A stretch of 47,474 nucleotides of DNA. It comes from Octopus sinensis. Lineage: Eukaryota. The notes beneath the pieces are model-generated. The model ran no database searches. It was given only the letters and a program-made list of their open reading frames with translations, and had not been told where the DNA came from. A program made the translations under genes and the position numbers. Position 1 is the first letter of the stretch. Each line of letters opens with the position of its first letter. Shown here piece after piece: positions 36,594 through 47,474 of this stretch. Where the stretch lies: contig NW_021834548.1 of assembly GCF_006345805.1 (NCBI RefSeq), forward strand, positions 1 to 47,474, in the 5' to 3' direction.

Positions 36594-36816
36594 TATTCTT
36601 TCTTTCAGTCATGTGACTGCAGCCATGCTGGAGCACCACTTTTAATTAAGCAAATCGACCCCAGGACTAATTCTTTGTAAGTCTGGTACTTATACTATCG
36701 GTCTCTTTTGATGAAACACACCAACATCTGTTCTCAAGTGAGGGTGGGAGGACAAACGCAGGTACACACACATACACATACACATACATAAACACATACA
36801 TACACACACACACACA

Positions 36817-36871
<55 letters not shown>

Positions 36872-36960
36872 CGACGGGCTTCTTGCAGTTTCCGTCTACT
36901 AAATCCACTCACAAGGCTTTGGTCGGCCCGAGGCTATAGTAGTAAAACAATTTCCCAAGG
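36594..36960 (-). mobile_element. SINE family A, 5'-truncated, tail-to-tail with the previous copy
   Basis: Tail starts about 9 bp after the previous tail; head lost at cccaagg. Confidence 0.85.
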
Positions 36961-37345
36961 CTGCATTGGCCACCACTGCTTGACTTCTATCTTTCAGAAA
37001 GTCATGTAACCACTCTCCAAGTTTTCCAGCTATGCCGAGATCACGCAGTTTTGGCATATCGTACCATGATCCACTTTATCAAAAGCTTTTGCAAAGTCAA
37101 GGTATGTTACGTCCACATTTGAGTAACTGCCTCAACACCCAGTCGTAGTGCTGTAGGAGATGGGTCAGGCAGCTCCTACCTGGTCGAAACCATGCTGGGT
37201 ATCACCCAGGAAGTAGTTTTTTCAAGGAATGCACTATTCGTTCCATGACTTTGCTGATATGTGAAGTCAGAGAGATAGGCCTATAAATTTTGGCATCTGC
37301 TCTGCTTCTTCATTTATGGAGTGGGCATATTATTTCCTCCTTGAG
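36961..37345 (-). mobile_element. CR1/L2-clade LINE reverse transcriptase fragment
   Basis: YRPISLTSHISKVMERI, QHGFRPGRSCLTHLL, YLDFAKAFDKVDH, WLHDFLKDRSQAV. Confidence 0.9.
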
Positions 37346-37372
37346 GTTATTTGGCAGCCAGCTCGTCAAATT

Positions 37373-37628
37373 ACCATGTAAGTGGTTGAGCTCTCCACAG
37401 ACGTGTGTACCCGTTAACGTAGTTTACAAGAAGATTCAGCGTAATACAGAGTGTAACAAGACTGAACCTTTTGAAATACAGGTACAATTTACTTTTTGCT
37501 AGATGATAGGACTGGAGTAACGTGAAATAAAGTGGCTTGCTCAAGGACACAACTCACAGCCGGGAATCGAACTCACAACCTTATGATCGGGAACCGAATG
37601 CCCTAACCACTGAACCACGCGCCTTCAC
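37373..37628 (-). mobile_element. tRNA-derived SINE family D
   Basis: Head gtggttcagtggttagggcattcgg..gagttcgattccc followed by CORE-like gtgtccttgagcaag. Confidence 0.8.
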
Positions 37629-38511
37629 AGTCACTTTATATAATACTAGGAATATATAATTGTCTAGAAGGGTAGTGAAAATTACTTTCAGAATATCCTA
37701 CTGGGAAATGGGGTATATAAGTTGCGAAGACCTAACGACATAGTAATAAAAATTTTATCTCATTTAAGAGCGAGACGTAATCAACGAGAATATACTCAGA
37801 ACGTAGTTAATGCTATGACATAAAATTATAGCACCAGCTACATGTTATAGCTTCTCGGCTGGGCCACATAAAGAAGTTATGTGGTTAAATACAATTCGTT
37901 GTTTAGCCACACAATGCATAACAGTTGTGGACATCGCGAGTGACAGGTATACAAATTGACCAGAAGCGAACAAAGGAACGTAGAGGTCATTTTTATATGT
38001 CGCCAAGAAATAAGTGTCTAGAAAGGAAGTGAAGAATACCAAAAATACCAAATATACCGACAGAATTTTTTTATTGGGGGAACACACACACAACACAACA
38101 CAAACGTACACGCGTTCATTCATACAAGCACGCACGCACAAGCATACAGACAGACATACGGTATATATGTGTGTGAACGCAATATAATATATCTTAATTA
38201 TCTTAATCGAAGTGTAACTGACAATGAAAATTTACAAACAATTACGGTGACTGCAACAAAAGTCTCTAGTGAAGGAATAACACTGAAAGAATAAATTAAT
38301 ATACCATATTGAATAAAATATGACTGAACTCATTAGAACATTTACAATTTTTTTCTTGTCGTTAAGAAATTATTTAGTTGCGTAATCACCTCATCAAGTA
38401 GACTAAAAAGACGAATCTGCCTTACTGTCGATGAACTTAACTGTCGGTCCTATAGGCATGAATTAAAAATCAACTGAAACAGACAAACGTACAGCAATAA
38501 GTGTTTCAACG

Positions 38512-38945
38512 AGCTAAAGGAGTGGCTCTGTGGTAAGTAGCTTGCTTACGAACCACATGGTTCCTGGTTCAGTCCCACTATGTGGCACCTTGGGCAAGTG
38601 TCTTCTACTATAGCCTCGGACCGACCACAGCCTTGTGAGTGGATTTGGTAGTCGGAAACTGAAAGAAGTTCGTCGTATATATGTATATATATATATATGT
38701 ATGTGTGTGTATGTGTTTGTGTGTCTGTGTTTGTCCCCCCACCCAACATCGCTTGACAACCAATGCTGGTATGTTTACATCTCCGTAACTTAGAGGTTCG
38801 GCAAAAGAGACCGATAGAATCAGTGCTAGGCTTACAAAGCATAAGTCTTGGGGGTCGATTTGGTCGACTAAAAGCGGTGCTCCAGCATGGCCACAGTCTC
38901 ATGACTGAAACAAGAAAAAGAATAAAAGAATAAAAGAATAAAAGT
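38512..38945 (+). mobile_element. SINE family A, full length
   Basis: Head to (gaataaaa)3 tail. Confidence 0.9.
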
Positions 38946-39759
38946 ATTGTCAATAAACTCGCAGAGCGTTCAACATAGGAATAAATCTATAGAAAAAAGA
39001 AAAAGCAGCATTAAAGTGGAAGTCTCAACAAAAGAGTCGCTGGGTCCATAGATACAAGGAGGATACAAGGATCCTCGTGAGGAAGATACAAGGATCTTGT
39101 TCAATCCATATAAACTGAAAATAGTATATATTTTAGATTATATAAGGACTGGGAAATAAGAGGTATAACCCAACAACCATTTTGCGGGAACTAAATGAGG
39201 ACATGAGATTGGATTTCCTATAAAACCCACTTGTGTATGATAACTGCATTTTATAAATCCTAGGTAAAATGCCGATAACAAAAAGAAAACTAGTTATTGT
39301 GACTTAGAATGGAAATCAATCTAGTTTCAATTTGGTATTTAGCAATTGCTATTCTTGCTGAAAATCAGCGAATTTATTTTGGGTGAGTGTAGCCTTAAGT
39401 TTCACACTTCTTGCACATGTGGATGATCCTTTGCGTTATGCAAGAATGCGCAGTAAAAATCTTAATATCATGGCTTCTGTGTTAAACATGAAAGAATTGG
39501 TTCTGACATAATTTCATGATCACAAACATAAGGCAAAGTTTGAAAACTTTTTCGCTATTTAGGGAACCTTTTCAAAGCTATGAATATATTTGCATATTTG
39601 ATCAAACACACGTTCACATGGGACGTAAGTTTCCATTCTAGATATTCATAACTGTTGTTTGATGCGTATGTTCATCAGTGCCAAAGAGAAATGGTTATCA
39701 CGTATAAAATAAAACTATAAGAGAAACTTTCCATGTTAGATATTCATGTAAAAGTACCG

Positions 39760-40060
39760 TTCAATGCCACAAGTCAAGCTGGCAGGCTTGTTGCGAGCCA
39801 TATCAAGTAGGCTGCTTGAGTTTTGTGTGGCATTTACTCTACAAGGCTTGGAGTTACTGGCTCAGCAAAGCAGCAGAGAAGGCCCCTAGGCGGTTTTGGA
39901 TAAAGAGAAAAGACCAGTGGTTTGCTGTCACGAGGATACAGCTTTGGATTTGATCAACCTCAGCTGGATGTGTGGTGATGGCGGGACTGAGGGTATAACA
40001 TCTAAAATTCTCTAAGACCCTAGACGCATCCCTGTTGTAGTCTATAGCCTCCTTGAGATG
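39760..40060 (+). mobile_element. Restriction-like-endonuclease LINE (Hero/NeSL-like) 3' fragment
   Basis: Broken SSRLL..LSKAAEKA..WIKRKD, cf. Hero C-terminus RLL..AAERxSxWLWxKR; putative 3' UTR gatcaacctcagctgg..tgagggt. Confidence 0.5.
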
Positions 40061-40677
40061 TATCCAAGAAAGAAAAAAAACTTTGGAACTTTTCAAAAAG
40101 ACTGGTTGGTATTACACCAATATAATGGAATTTTTAGCTTCGTTGCTTGGTTGACGAAAATATATGGTTAACAAGCCAATTCACATTATAAATGATGTCG
40201 CATTATAAATGATGTCACGATATTTTAATGTTTTATTTTCTTTGAAATAAATCATTTTGAGTTAATCTCAGTTTAAAATCGTTAATTTCACTTTGAAGTG
40301 ACAGTTACACTTTGAAATCGTTATTCTCACTTTGAAGATGTGAAGTTTCACATTGAAATAAAATCTGCTCTCTTAGAATTTCAAATGGAATAGCACCATG
40401 CTGCGACGAACGTTTTGATTTAAGGATTAACACATATACGCTTGTACATACGCGCGCGCACGCACACACGCGCGCACACACACACGCGCGCACACACACA
40501 CAGAGATACACATAAATTATATGTGTATATAAGTTACGAATTTATATATTACGTGTCAATTATTTGAGAGTGATTGTGCACACAGGCACATAAATCACAC
40601 CAACACATAAATTACACACATATTTAAATTATGTATATACATAAATTACTTAAATATTACATGTTAGTTATATGTAT

Positions 40678-40749
<72 letters not shown>

Positions 40750-40765
40750 GTGTACTTCGTAAACA

Positions 40766-40960
40766 CCAGTCGCTTTTTTTTCTCCCTCTGTTTGCCCACC
40801 TCGGGATCTTTCTTTCCTCTCTCTTCCATCTTTATGTTTCCGACGAAGAGCTCCGCTCGAAACGTCATACCTTCCTGCTTCCTCTTTCCTGAGCGCCTAT
40901 TAATATAATACTGTAATTGTTCCACGTGTTGTGTTTTTTTCTGTTTTCCCGTTTTGATTA
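40766..40960 (+). mobile_element. Penelope-like pseudo-LTR fragment
   Basis: Contains a hammerhead-like motif; inverted homolog at 42958-43160; flanked by TA tracts. Confidence 0.65.
40836..40870 (+). ncRNA. Minimal type-I hammerhead-like motif (U4C core, GUC site)
   Basis: gttt-CCGACGA-a-gagc/tcc/gctc-GAAA-cg-TC-atac. Confidence 0.6.
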
Positions 40961-41289
40961 AAATTATATATATAATATATATATTGGATGTCAATTACAT
41001 TCATGTGCCTGTAGCACAAGGATACACACATGCTCTAAACCTATCGTTTCTTTCTTACTCTTTCTATCATCCTTCCTTTCCTTTCCCGGCGTATAACTCA
41101 TTCTGCACAAACTTTTATTGTTATTTTTGTGTATTTACGTTTAGTCGATTTCTTTTCGAATACTTCTCTACCTATGTAATCTCTCATACTGCTTCATATG
41201 TTTGTCTCTCTTATTCTTCCTCGTTCCATTTGTGTTATTTCAACTATATATCTATGTGTGTGTGCGTATTCGTGTGTCCATGTGTTTAT

Positions 41290-41500
<211 letters not shown>

Positions 41501-41564
41501 GTATATATGTATTGTCTGGATGTTTTGCGTCCTTGTCCCATTTTTGTATTTTTTATATATAAAA

Positions 41565-42073
41565 CTAGCAGTATCGCCCGGCGTTGCTCGGGTTTGTAAG
41601 GGAAATAACTATATAAGCATTTTTAGAGAGTTACTCCCTTATAGATGCCAATTCGGGCTTTCTTAGCCATTTCTCTTTTGGTGTCTTCAAGCCATGAAGT
41701 CGTTGTTCTAAAAGAACGCTGGTCTCCTTGACAACGCATTACGACGTTGATTTCCTAAACTCCCTTCCCCACAGCTTCACGAGGGAGGGAAGAAGGGGGA
41801 GAAGCAACAGGTGCAGGTGTGACCATGGACGCCCCCTCCGCCGCCATCGACACACACAAAATTATGCTTAAAATGGAATAAAAAATGATGTTAAATTATT
41901 TTTAAAATCGTAGACTCATCGTAGACGCGCGCTAATAGCCAGACGGCTCGATATGAATTCACGACTATAAGATACCCGAATTTGGTTAAACTGCACCGCA
42001 AAATGTGGGAGTAGTTAGGAATCTAAATCGAAGGGGACAGACACTCACACAACTACAGTTTTATATATATAGA
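41565..42073 (-). mobile_element. Non-autonomous Helitron (family H1), long form
   Basis: A|TCTATATATATAAAACTG start, hairpin plus CTAG|T end on minus strand. Confidence 0.88.
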
Positions 42074-42099
42074 TATAGCGGCGTACGTACACTTTGGTC

Positions 42100-42680
42100 T
42101 CTTATATATAAGTATATATATATATAAATTTTATACGACTCTATTATTCTTTGTATTTTTTCATTCTTTCCTTCTTTCTATCAGCCCTTTCACACTTCGT
42201 TCATTCCACTCTTAGTTCTTTCGTTTCCCCTCTCTCACATTTCCTGGCCTTCTCTTCATGCTCACTTTCCCTCCTATTTCACTTCACCGTGTCTCTTTCA
42301 TTTTTTCTCGCTTCTCCTTAATTCTTCTATCCCTCTGTCACTACCCCTCTCTCTTCTCTCTCCGCGTGACCGGTGTTCGGCCAGGCCTGACTTTTCTTTC
42401 TTGGTTCGACTACCATCCGTGCAACATCTATATTCCTCCCAGTGCCTGTTAAATCTTATGTTCCTGCCATAAAGCTTCACTTCCACACACGCCAGCTTAA
42501 TTTAATTCGTCCTTAGTCGAAAGATACCTGTTGTTATGTCCTGTTAATTGCATTTGTATTTGTGTAACATTTCTTTGTTTTCTCCGGTCCTTGTTTTCAT
42601 TGTATCGTCTGTTTGAATGTTTTGTTGTCCCTTTTTTATATCACCTAACTATCTGGATGTTTTGCGTTCTTGCGCCATTT
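42100..42680 (+). mobile_element. Pyrimidine-rich Penelope-like fragment (tentative)
   Basis: Tail tctggatgttttgcgt is also at 41516; related to 44660-44730; TA-flanked. Confidence 0.4.
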
Positions 42681-42833
42681 TTTAAATTTATATATAAAAG
42701 AAGCCTGTCATATATGTGTATATACACATATATATATTTATATGTGTATATATATATATGTATATATTTTGTATTTTATATATATCTATCGAAAGAAGCC
42801 CGTCATATATATGTATATATATATATATGTATA

Positions 42834-42913
<80 letters not shown>

Positions 42914-42957
42914 GTATATATAATATATATTATATATTATATATATATATATATTTT

Positions 42958-43160
42958 TATCCAAACAAGAAAGTACAAAAAAAAACACAACAACGCGAGA
43001 CGTGGAACAAATATATTATTATGGACGCTCAGAAACAAGGAAAGAAGGAGGGTTTAACGTTTCGAGCGGAGCTCTTCGTCGGAAACATAGGAGAAGGAGA
43101 GATCCAGAGAAGGGAAGACAGAGGAAAAAAAATCGCGAACGGTACACACGCGGTCACATT
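42958..43160 (-). mobile_element. Penelope-like pseudo-LTR fragment
   Basis: Inverted homolog of 40766-40960. Confidence 0.65.
43052..43086 (-). ncRNA. Minimal type-I hammerhead-like motif (U4C core, GUU site)
   Basis: gttt-CCGACGA-a-gagc/tcc/gctc-GAAA-cg-TT-aaac; perfect 4-bp stem I. Confidence 0.65.
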
Positions 43161-43194
43161 TTATATATATATATACACGCACACACACATATAT

Positions 43195-43351
43195 ATGACT
43201 GGCTTCTTTCAGTTTCCGTCTACGAAATCCACTCACAATTCTTTGGTCGGCGCAAGGCTATAGCAGAAAACAGGTGCCCAGGGTGACACGCAGTGAGACT
43301 GAACCCAGAACCACGTGGTTGGGAAGGAATCTTCTTACCACACCTACGCCT
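43195..43351 (-). mobile_element. SINE family A 5' half
   Basis: Head through gaaagaagcc only. Confidence 0.8.
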
Positions 43352-43487
43352 ATATCGTCAAATATAAATTCATTGATGACCTCTGTGAGAAGTACCACTT
43401 TAGAAAAATGCAGTAAATACTCTCAACTTCTTGATCTCTGTGTGCATGCCAACATGTCACCATTCTGAAATATGATAACACAGACAC

Positions 43488-43494
43488 AGACACA

Positions 43495-43564
<70 letters not shown>
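43488..43564. repeat. (CA)n microsatellite
   Basis: Direct reading. Confidence 0.95.
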
Positions 43565-43568
<4 letters not shown>

Positions 43569-43640
43569 TTTATAATCTTCCTGTTACCATTCGGAAAAAT
43601 TTGCGCTGATGAAACTGAGAGTAATGGATGGTTAACTAAT

Positions 43641-44084
43641 ATACTCTTTTACTCTTTTACTTGTTTCAGTCATTTGTCTGTGGCCATGCTGGAGCACCGC
43701 CTTTACTCGATCGAGCAAATCGACCCCAGGATTTATTCTTTGTAAGCCTAGTACTTATTCTATCGGTCTCTTTTGCCGAACCGCTAGATGACGGGGTCGT
43801 AAACACACCAGCATCGGTTTTCAAGCGATGTTGGGGGGACAAACACAGACACACAAACATACATACGTACGCCCACACACACACGCACGCACACACACAC
43901 ACATACATATACATATATACGACGGGCTTCTTTCAGTTTCCCATCTACTAAATCCACTCACAAGGCTTTGGTCGGCCCGAGGCTATAGAAGAAGACACTT
44001 GCCCAAGGTGTCACGCAGTGGGACTGAACCCGAAACCATATGGTTCGTAAGCAAGCTACTTACCACACAGCCACTCCTACGCCT
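43641..44084 (-). mobile_element. SINE family A, full length
   Basis: (tactcttt)n tail to cctacgcct head end. Confidence 0.9.
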
Positions 44085-44353
44085 ATTAACGTTTGATACT
44101 CACAAGTTCACTTCAAAATAATATTGAGCTCTCTCACAATTTTTTTTTCTTTTCACACAGTGGTGAACATTATAGTGAACACCGGCATACGCGCTTGCCT
44201 ACGCACACACAAACACATAGAAACACAGATAAATACACTCATATAGATACACACACTTAATCTATGCGTGTACAGTGACTACTAATTGAGATGCCTGAAT
44301 ATTTTGCTCCATAAATTGTACTATTTTCATATGCATCTCTTTAATAATTTTCT

Positions 44354-44523
44354 GAGGCGTGGCTTTGTGGTATGAAGCTTGCTTTCCAACCACATGGTTC
44401 TGGGTTCAGTCCCATTGCGTAGCACCTTCGGCAGGTGTCTTCTACTGTAGTCTGGGGCCGACCAAAGCCTTATGAGTGGATTTGGTAGACGGAGCTGCAA
44501 GAAGCTAGTCGTGTGTACGTGTG

Positions 44524-44560
<37 letters not shown>

Positions 44561-44773
44561 TAAATAATATCACTTTCAACCAGTGGTCAGCATACGTAAA
44601 AACCGTCCGAGGACCGTCAGTTCTACTTAAATATAGGCAATATGAGAGACCATATCCAGAACAATAGGAGATGGATATAAGGAGTGTTGGCGGTCGGCAG
44701 TCAGGCCAGAAAGAAAGATCATGGCTGGTATGTATAAGTGAAAGCCTTTATATGTAATATATATATATATATA

Positions 44774-44818
<45 letters not shown>

Positions 44819-45044
44819 TGTGTATAATCTTTGCGTCTGTGTCTGTCGCTCCCCGCTGCTTGGCAACCGGTGTCAGTGTGTTTACGTTCCCGTAACTTAG
44901 CACTTCTTAAAAAGTAACCGATAGAATAAGTACTAGGCTTAAAAGCAAAAAAGCCCTGGGGTAGATTTGTTCGACGAAAATCCTTCAAAGTGGTGCTCCA
45001 GCATAGCCGCAGTCAAATGACTGAAACAAGCAAAAGAATAAAAT
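44354..45044 (+). mobile_element. SINE family A interrupted in its internal TA tract by a ~170-bp foreign fragment (44575-44745)
   Basis: 5' half 44354-44512, 3' half 44817-45044. Confidence 0.75.
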
Positions 45045-45051
45045 AATATTT

Positions 45052-45244
45052 AAGCGTAGGAGTGGCTGTGTGGTACGTAGCTTGCTTACGAACCACATGG
45101 TTTCGGGTTCAGCCCCATTGCATGGCACCTTGGGCAAATGTCTTCTAGTATAGCCTCGGGCCGACCAAAGCCTTGTGAATGAATTTGGTAGATGGAAATG
45201 AAAGATGCCTGTCGTATATATATATATTATGTATATATATGTCG

Positions 45245-45280
<36 letters not shown>

Positions 45281-45548
45281 ATATATATAATATATGTGTG
45301 TGTGTGTGTGTGTGTGTGCGTGTGTGCGTATGTGTATGTGTGTATGTATATGTTTGTGTATCTGTGTTTGACCCCCAACATCGCTTGACCACCGATGCTG
45401 GTGTGTTTACGTCCCCGTAACTTAGCGGTTCGGCAAAAGACCGATAGAATAAGTATTAGACTTGCAAAGAATAAGTCCTGGAGTCGTAGTAATCGACTTA
45501 GCCCCTTCCCTAAAACTGCTGGCCTTGTGCCTATAAAGGAAAGGATAA
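45052..45548 (+). mobile_element. Chimeric SINE: family A body with family B tail
   Basis: After aataagtcctgg the sequence switches to gtaatcgactta..ctgctggccttgtgcctat..gaaagga. Confidence 0.8.
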
Positions 45549-45561
45549 AACTGTATATCAC

Positions 45562-45564
<3 letters not shown>

Positions 45565-45596
<32 letters not shown>

Positions 45597-45659
45597 TGTA
45601 TGTATGTATGTATGTATGCATGCACGTATGAATGTATGTATGTATGTATACATGCATGC

Positions 45660-45741
<82 letters not shown>

Positions 45742-45745
45742 GCGC
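45565..45745. repeat. (TATG)n plus (TCTA)n microsatellites
   Basis: Direct reading. Confidence 0.95.
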
Positions 45746-45995
45746 GCGCGCGTATGTATGTATATGTAGGTGCGCGTGCGCTTGTTTGTGTGTCTAAATG
45801 TTGATAAGATACTATTTCTCCGAGCGCTTCGTTTCTATATATTGGAATATGCTATTACACTTACAGATTTTATAAATATACAGATTTCATTCGTGTCAAG
45901 ATATATATATATTCTGTAGGAACTGTGAAAATGTGCACAAATACAGATCTTAAGGTATGTTTTTGACATCGAATACAAATTTATTTTAACAGAGG

Positions 45996-46040
<45 letters not shown>

Positions 46041-46150
46041 CATATATTTGTATGTATGTATACACCCCATGTATATACATACACTCACACACGTATATAT
46101 AACATACATACATATATATATATATATAATATATATAATATATATATTTA

Positions 46151-46181
<31 letters not shown>

Positions 46182-46583
46182 ATGTATATGTATGTGTGTG
46201 CGTATTTGCGTATGTCAACGTTTGTATTAGGGAATATACACAGCAGTTATTCGAATGTAAATTATAAGTGTACATTTTTGCACTCTCTACAAGTACGAGA
46301 GTGGAGTTGGTGTATATCAACACACACATACACACACGCACTTAAATTTTACAGTATATGTCTATGTGTTAGAAATAATACGCTATTGAAATACATTGAT
46401 AAAGAACCGATTCGTTATTTTAAAACATGCGTAGTTATGTATGCACGGACACATATACATACATAGGCACGTATACATGCATACATATAGCTGACTTAAG
46501 TTTAGAAACCTGTACAAACATACTATCCTCAGGCAAGATTTATTCAGTGATTAATTTCGACAATTTAAAACCTGGGCAGTTTT

Positions 46584-46659
46584 GCCCGAGGTTTTTAAGG
46601 CATAAGTACATAAACGCAATCGCCCGAGGTTTTTAAGGCATAAGTACATAAACGCAATC
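46584..46659. repeat. Exact 38-bp tandem duplication
   Basis: gcccgaggtttttaaggcataagtacataaacgcaatc x2. Confidence 0.95.
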
Positions 46660-46707
46660 GAACGCGCGCACATATACACACATGCACAAGCACATACACA
46701 CGCACAA

Positions 46708-46748
<41 letters not shown>

Positions 46749-46929
46749 TACAAACACACAAACACATACACACGCACAAACAGCAACACGCGTACAAATA
46801 TACGGATATGTATTTGTACACATGCAGAAGCACACATCTACACATTCACATACATATGTGTATGTGTGTGTGTGCGTGTGTGTGTAGGTTTTGTGGAACA
46901 AACAGGAGAAATATAAATCACGAGTGTAT

Positions 46930-46936
46930 ATATCAC

Positions 46937-47002
<66 letters not shown>

Positions 47003-47003
47003 G
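46930..47003. repeat. (ATT)n microsatellite
   Basis: Direct reading. Confidence 0.95.
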
Positions 47004-47474
47004 AGTGAGTGAGAGAGCAGTGCATGCCATCAAAGTGACAATGGGGTAAAATATACGAAGCCCAATATACCCATCATGACTACCCGTCTGATAAGGGTAC
47101 ACTAGTTACATGCATCGCGACCATATGTGCGTGACATGATGATCTCGTATCAAGATAAACAGCGCATGCATGACCTTGCAGGTAGGGCCCAGTTAGAATT
47201 TTCTTCTGGTCGAGTAGCCCATCCCACTCAAAAGGTCCCTGAATAAAGATTGTTTAAGGATGTTGAACGAAACACCCATGTTTCCAAAGGTGAATTGTCC
47301 AAACCTCCAAGAATTCCTTTCAACACACGGCTATGATGCTCCCCCACTACTTCTGCTCGTGATCAGAAATGCACATATCGTCAGCCACTAAGGCTCATGG
47401 TCAACTGGTTAAGGTCAAAGAACTGACAAGCAAATATGTGGTACTGAGCAGAATATTTGCTGTAGCCCATCTTT
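47004..47474 (-). mobile_element. Probable 3' end of a non-LTR retroelement with (AAT)n tail
   Basis: Complex GC-richer sequence running on the minus strand directly into (AAT)n; no ORF seen; continues beyond the window. Confidence 0.4.

Noticed and set aside
40265-40360. cactttgaa motif repeated three times (plus one cacattgaa variant) at about 20-bp spacing
   Set aside because: Degenerate minisatellite with no boundaries or function that I can support

Overview
AT-rich, microsatellite-saturated eukaryotic DNA with no host protein-coding gene that I can support. The repeat repertoire looks like Octopus/cephalopod DNA; this is an inference from repeat style, not a database result. It contains a bipartite tRNA-derived SINE with an internal TA/CA tract (about 15 copies), three other tRNA-SINE families, and mariner, Tc1, hAT, Helitron and Helentron derivatives. 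LINE fossils include RTE, CR1 and Hero-like types, plus Penelope-like fragments. Almost all ORFs in the supplied track are microsatellite read-through or transposon remnants. Highlights: (1) five minimal type-I hammerhead-like motifs whose stem III is replaced by a palindrome (dimeric type), including two inverted copies identical over 33 nt with a U4C core; (2) a rearrangement hotspot at 14.4-18.3 kb, with a 1.45-kb near-perfect palindrome and an older inverted mosaic of three distant pieces of its own locus splitting a mariner; (3) a 1.67-kb long-TIR transposon with an exact 8-bp TSD carrying passenger SINEs; (4) an RTE LINE ending in three C2H2 fingers; (5) a SINE-SINE chimera, a tail-to-tail SINE pair and a perfected 32-bp palindrome. 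All comparisons were made by eye. Coordinates of degenerate elements are approximate.
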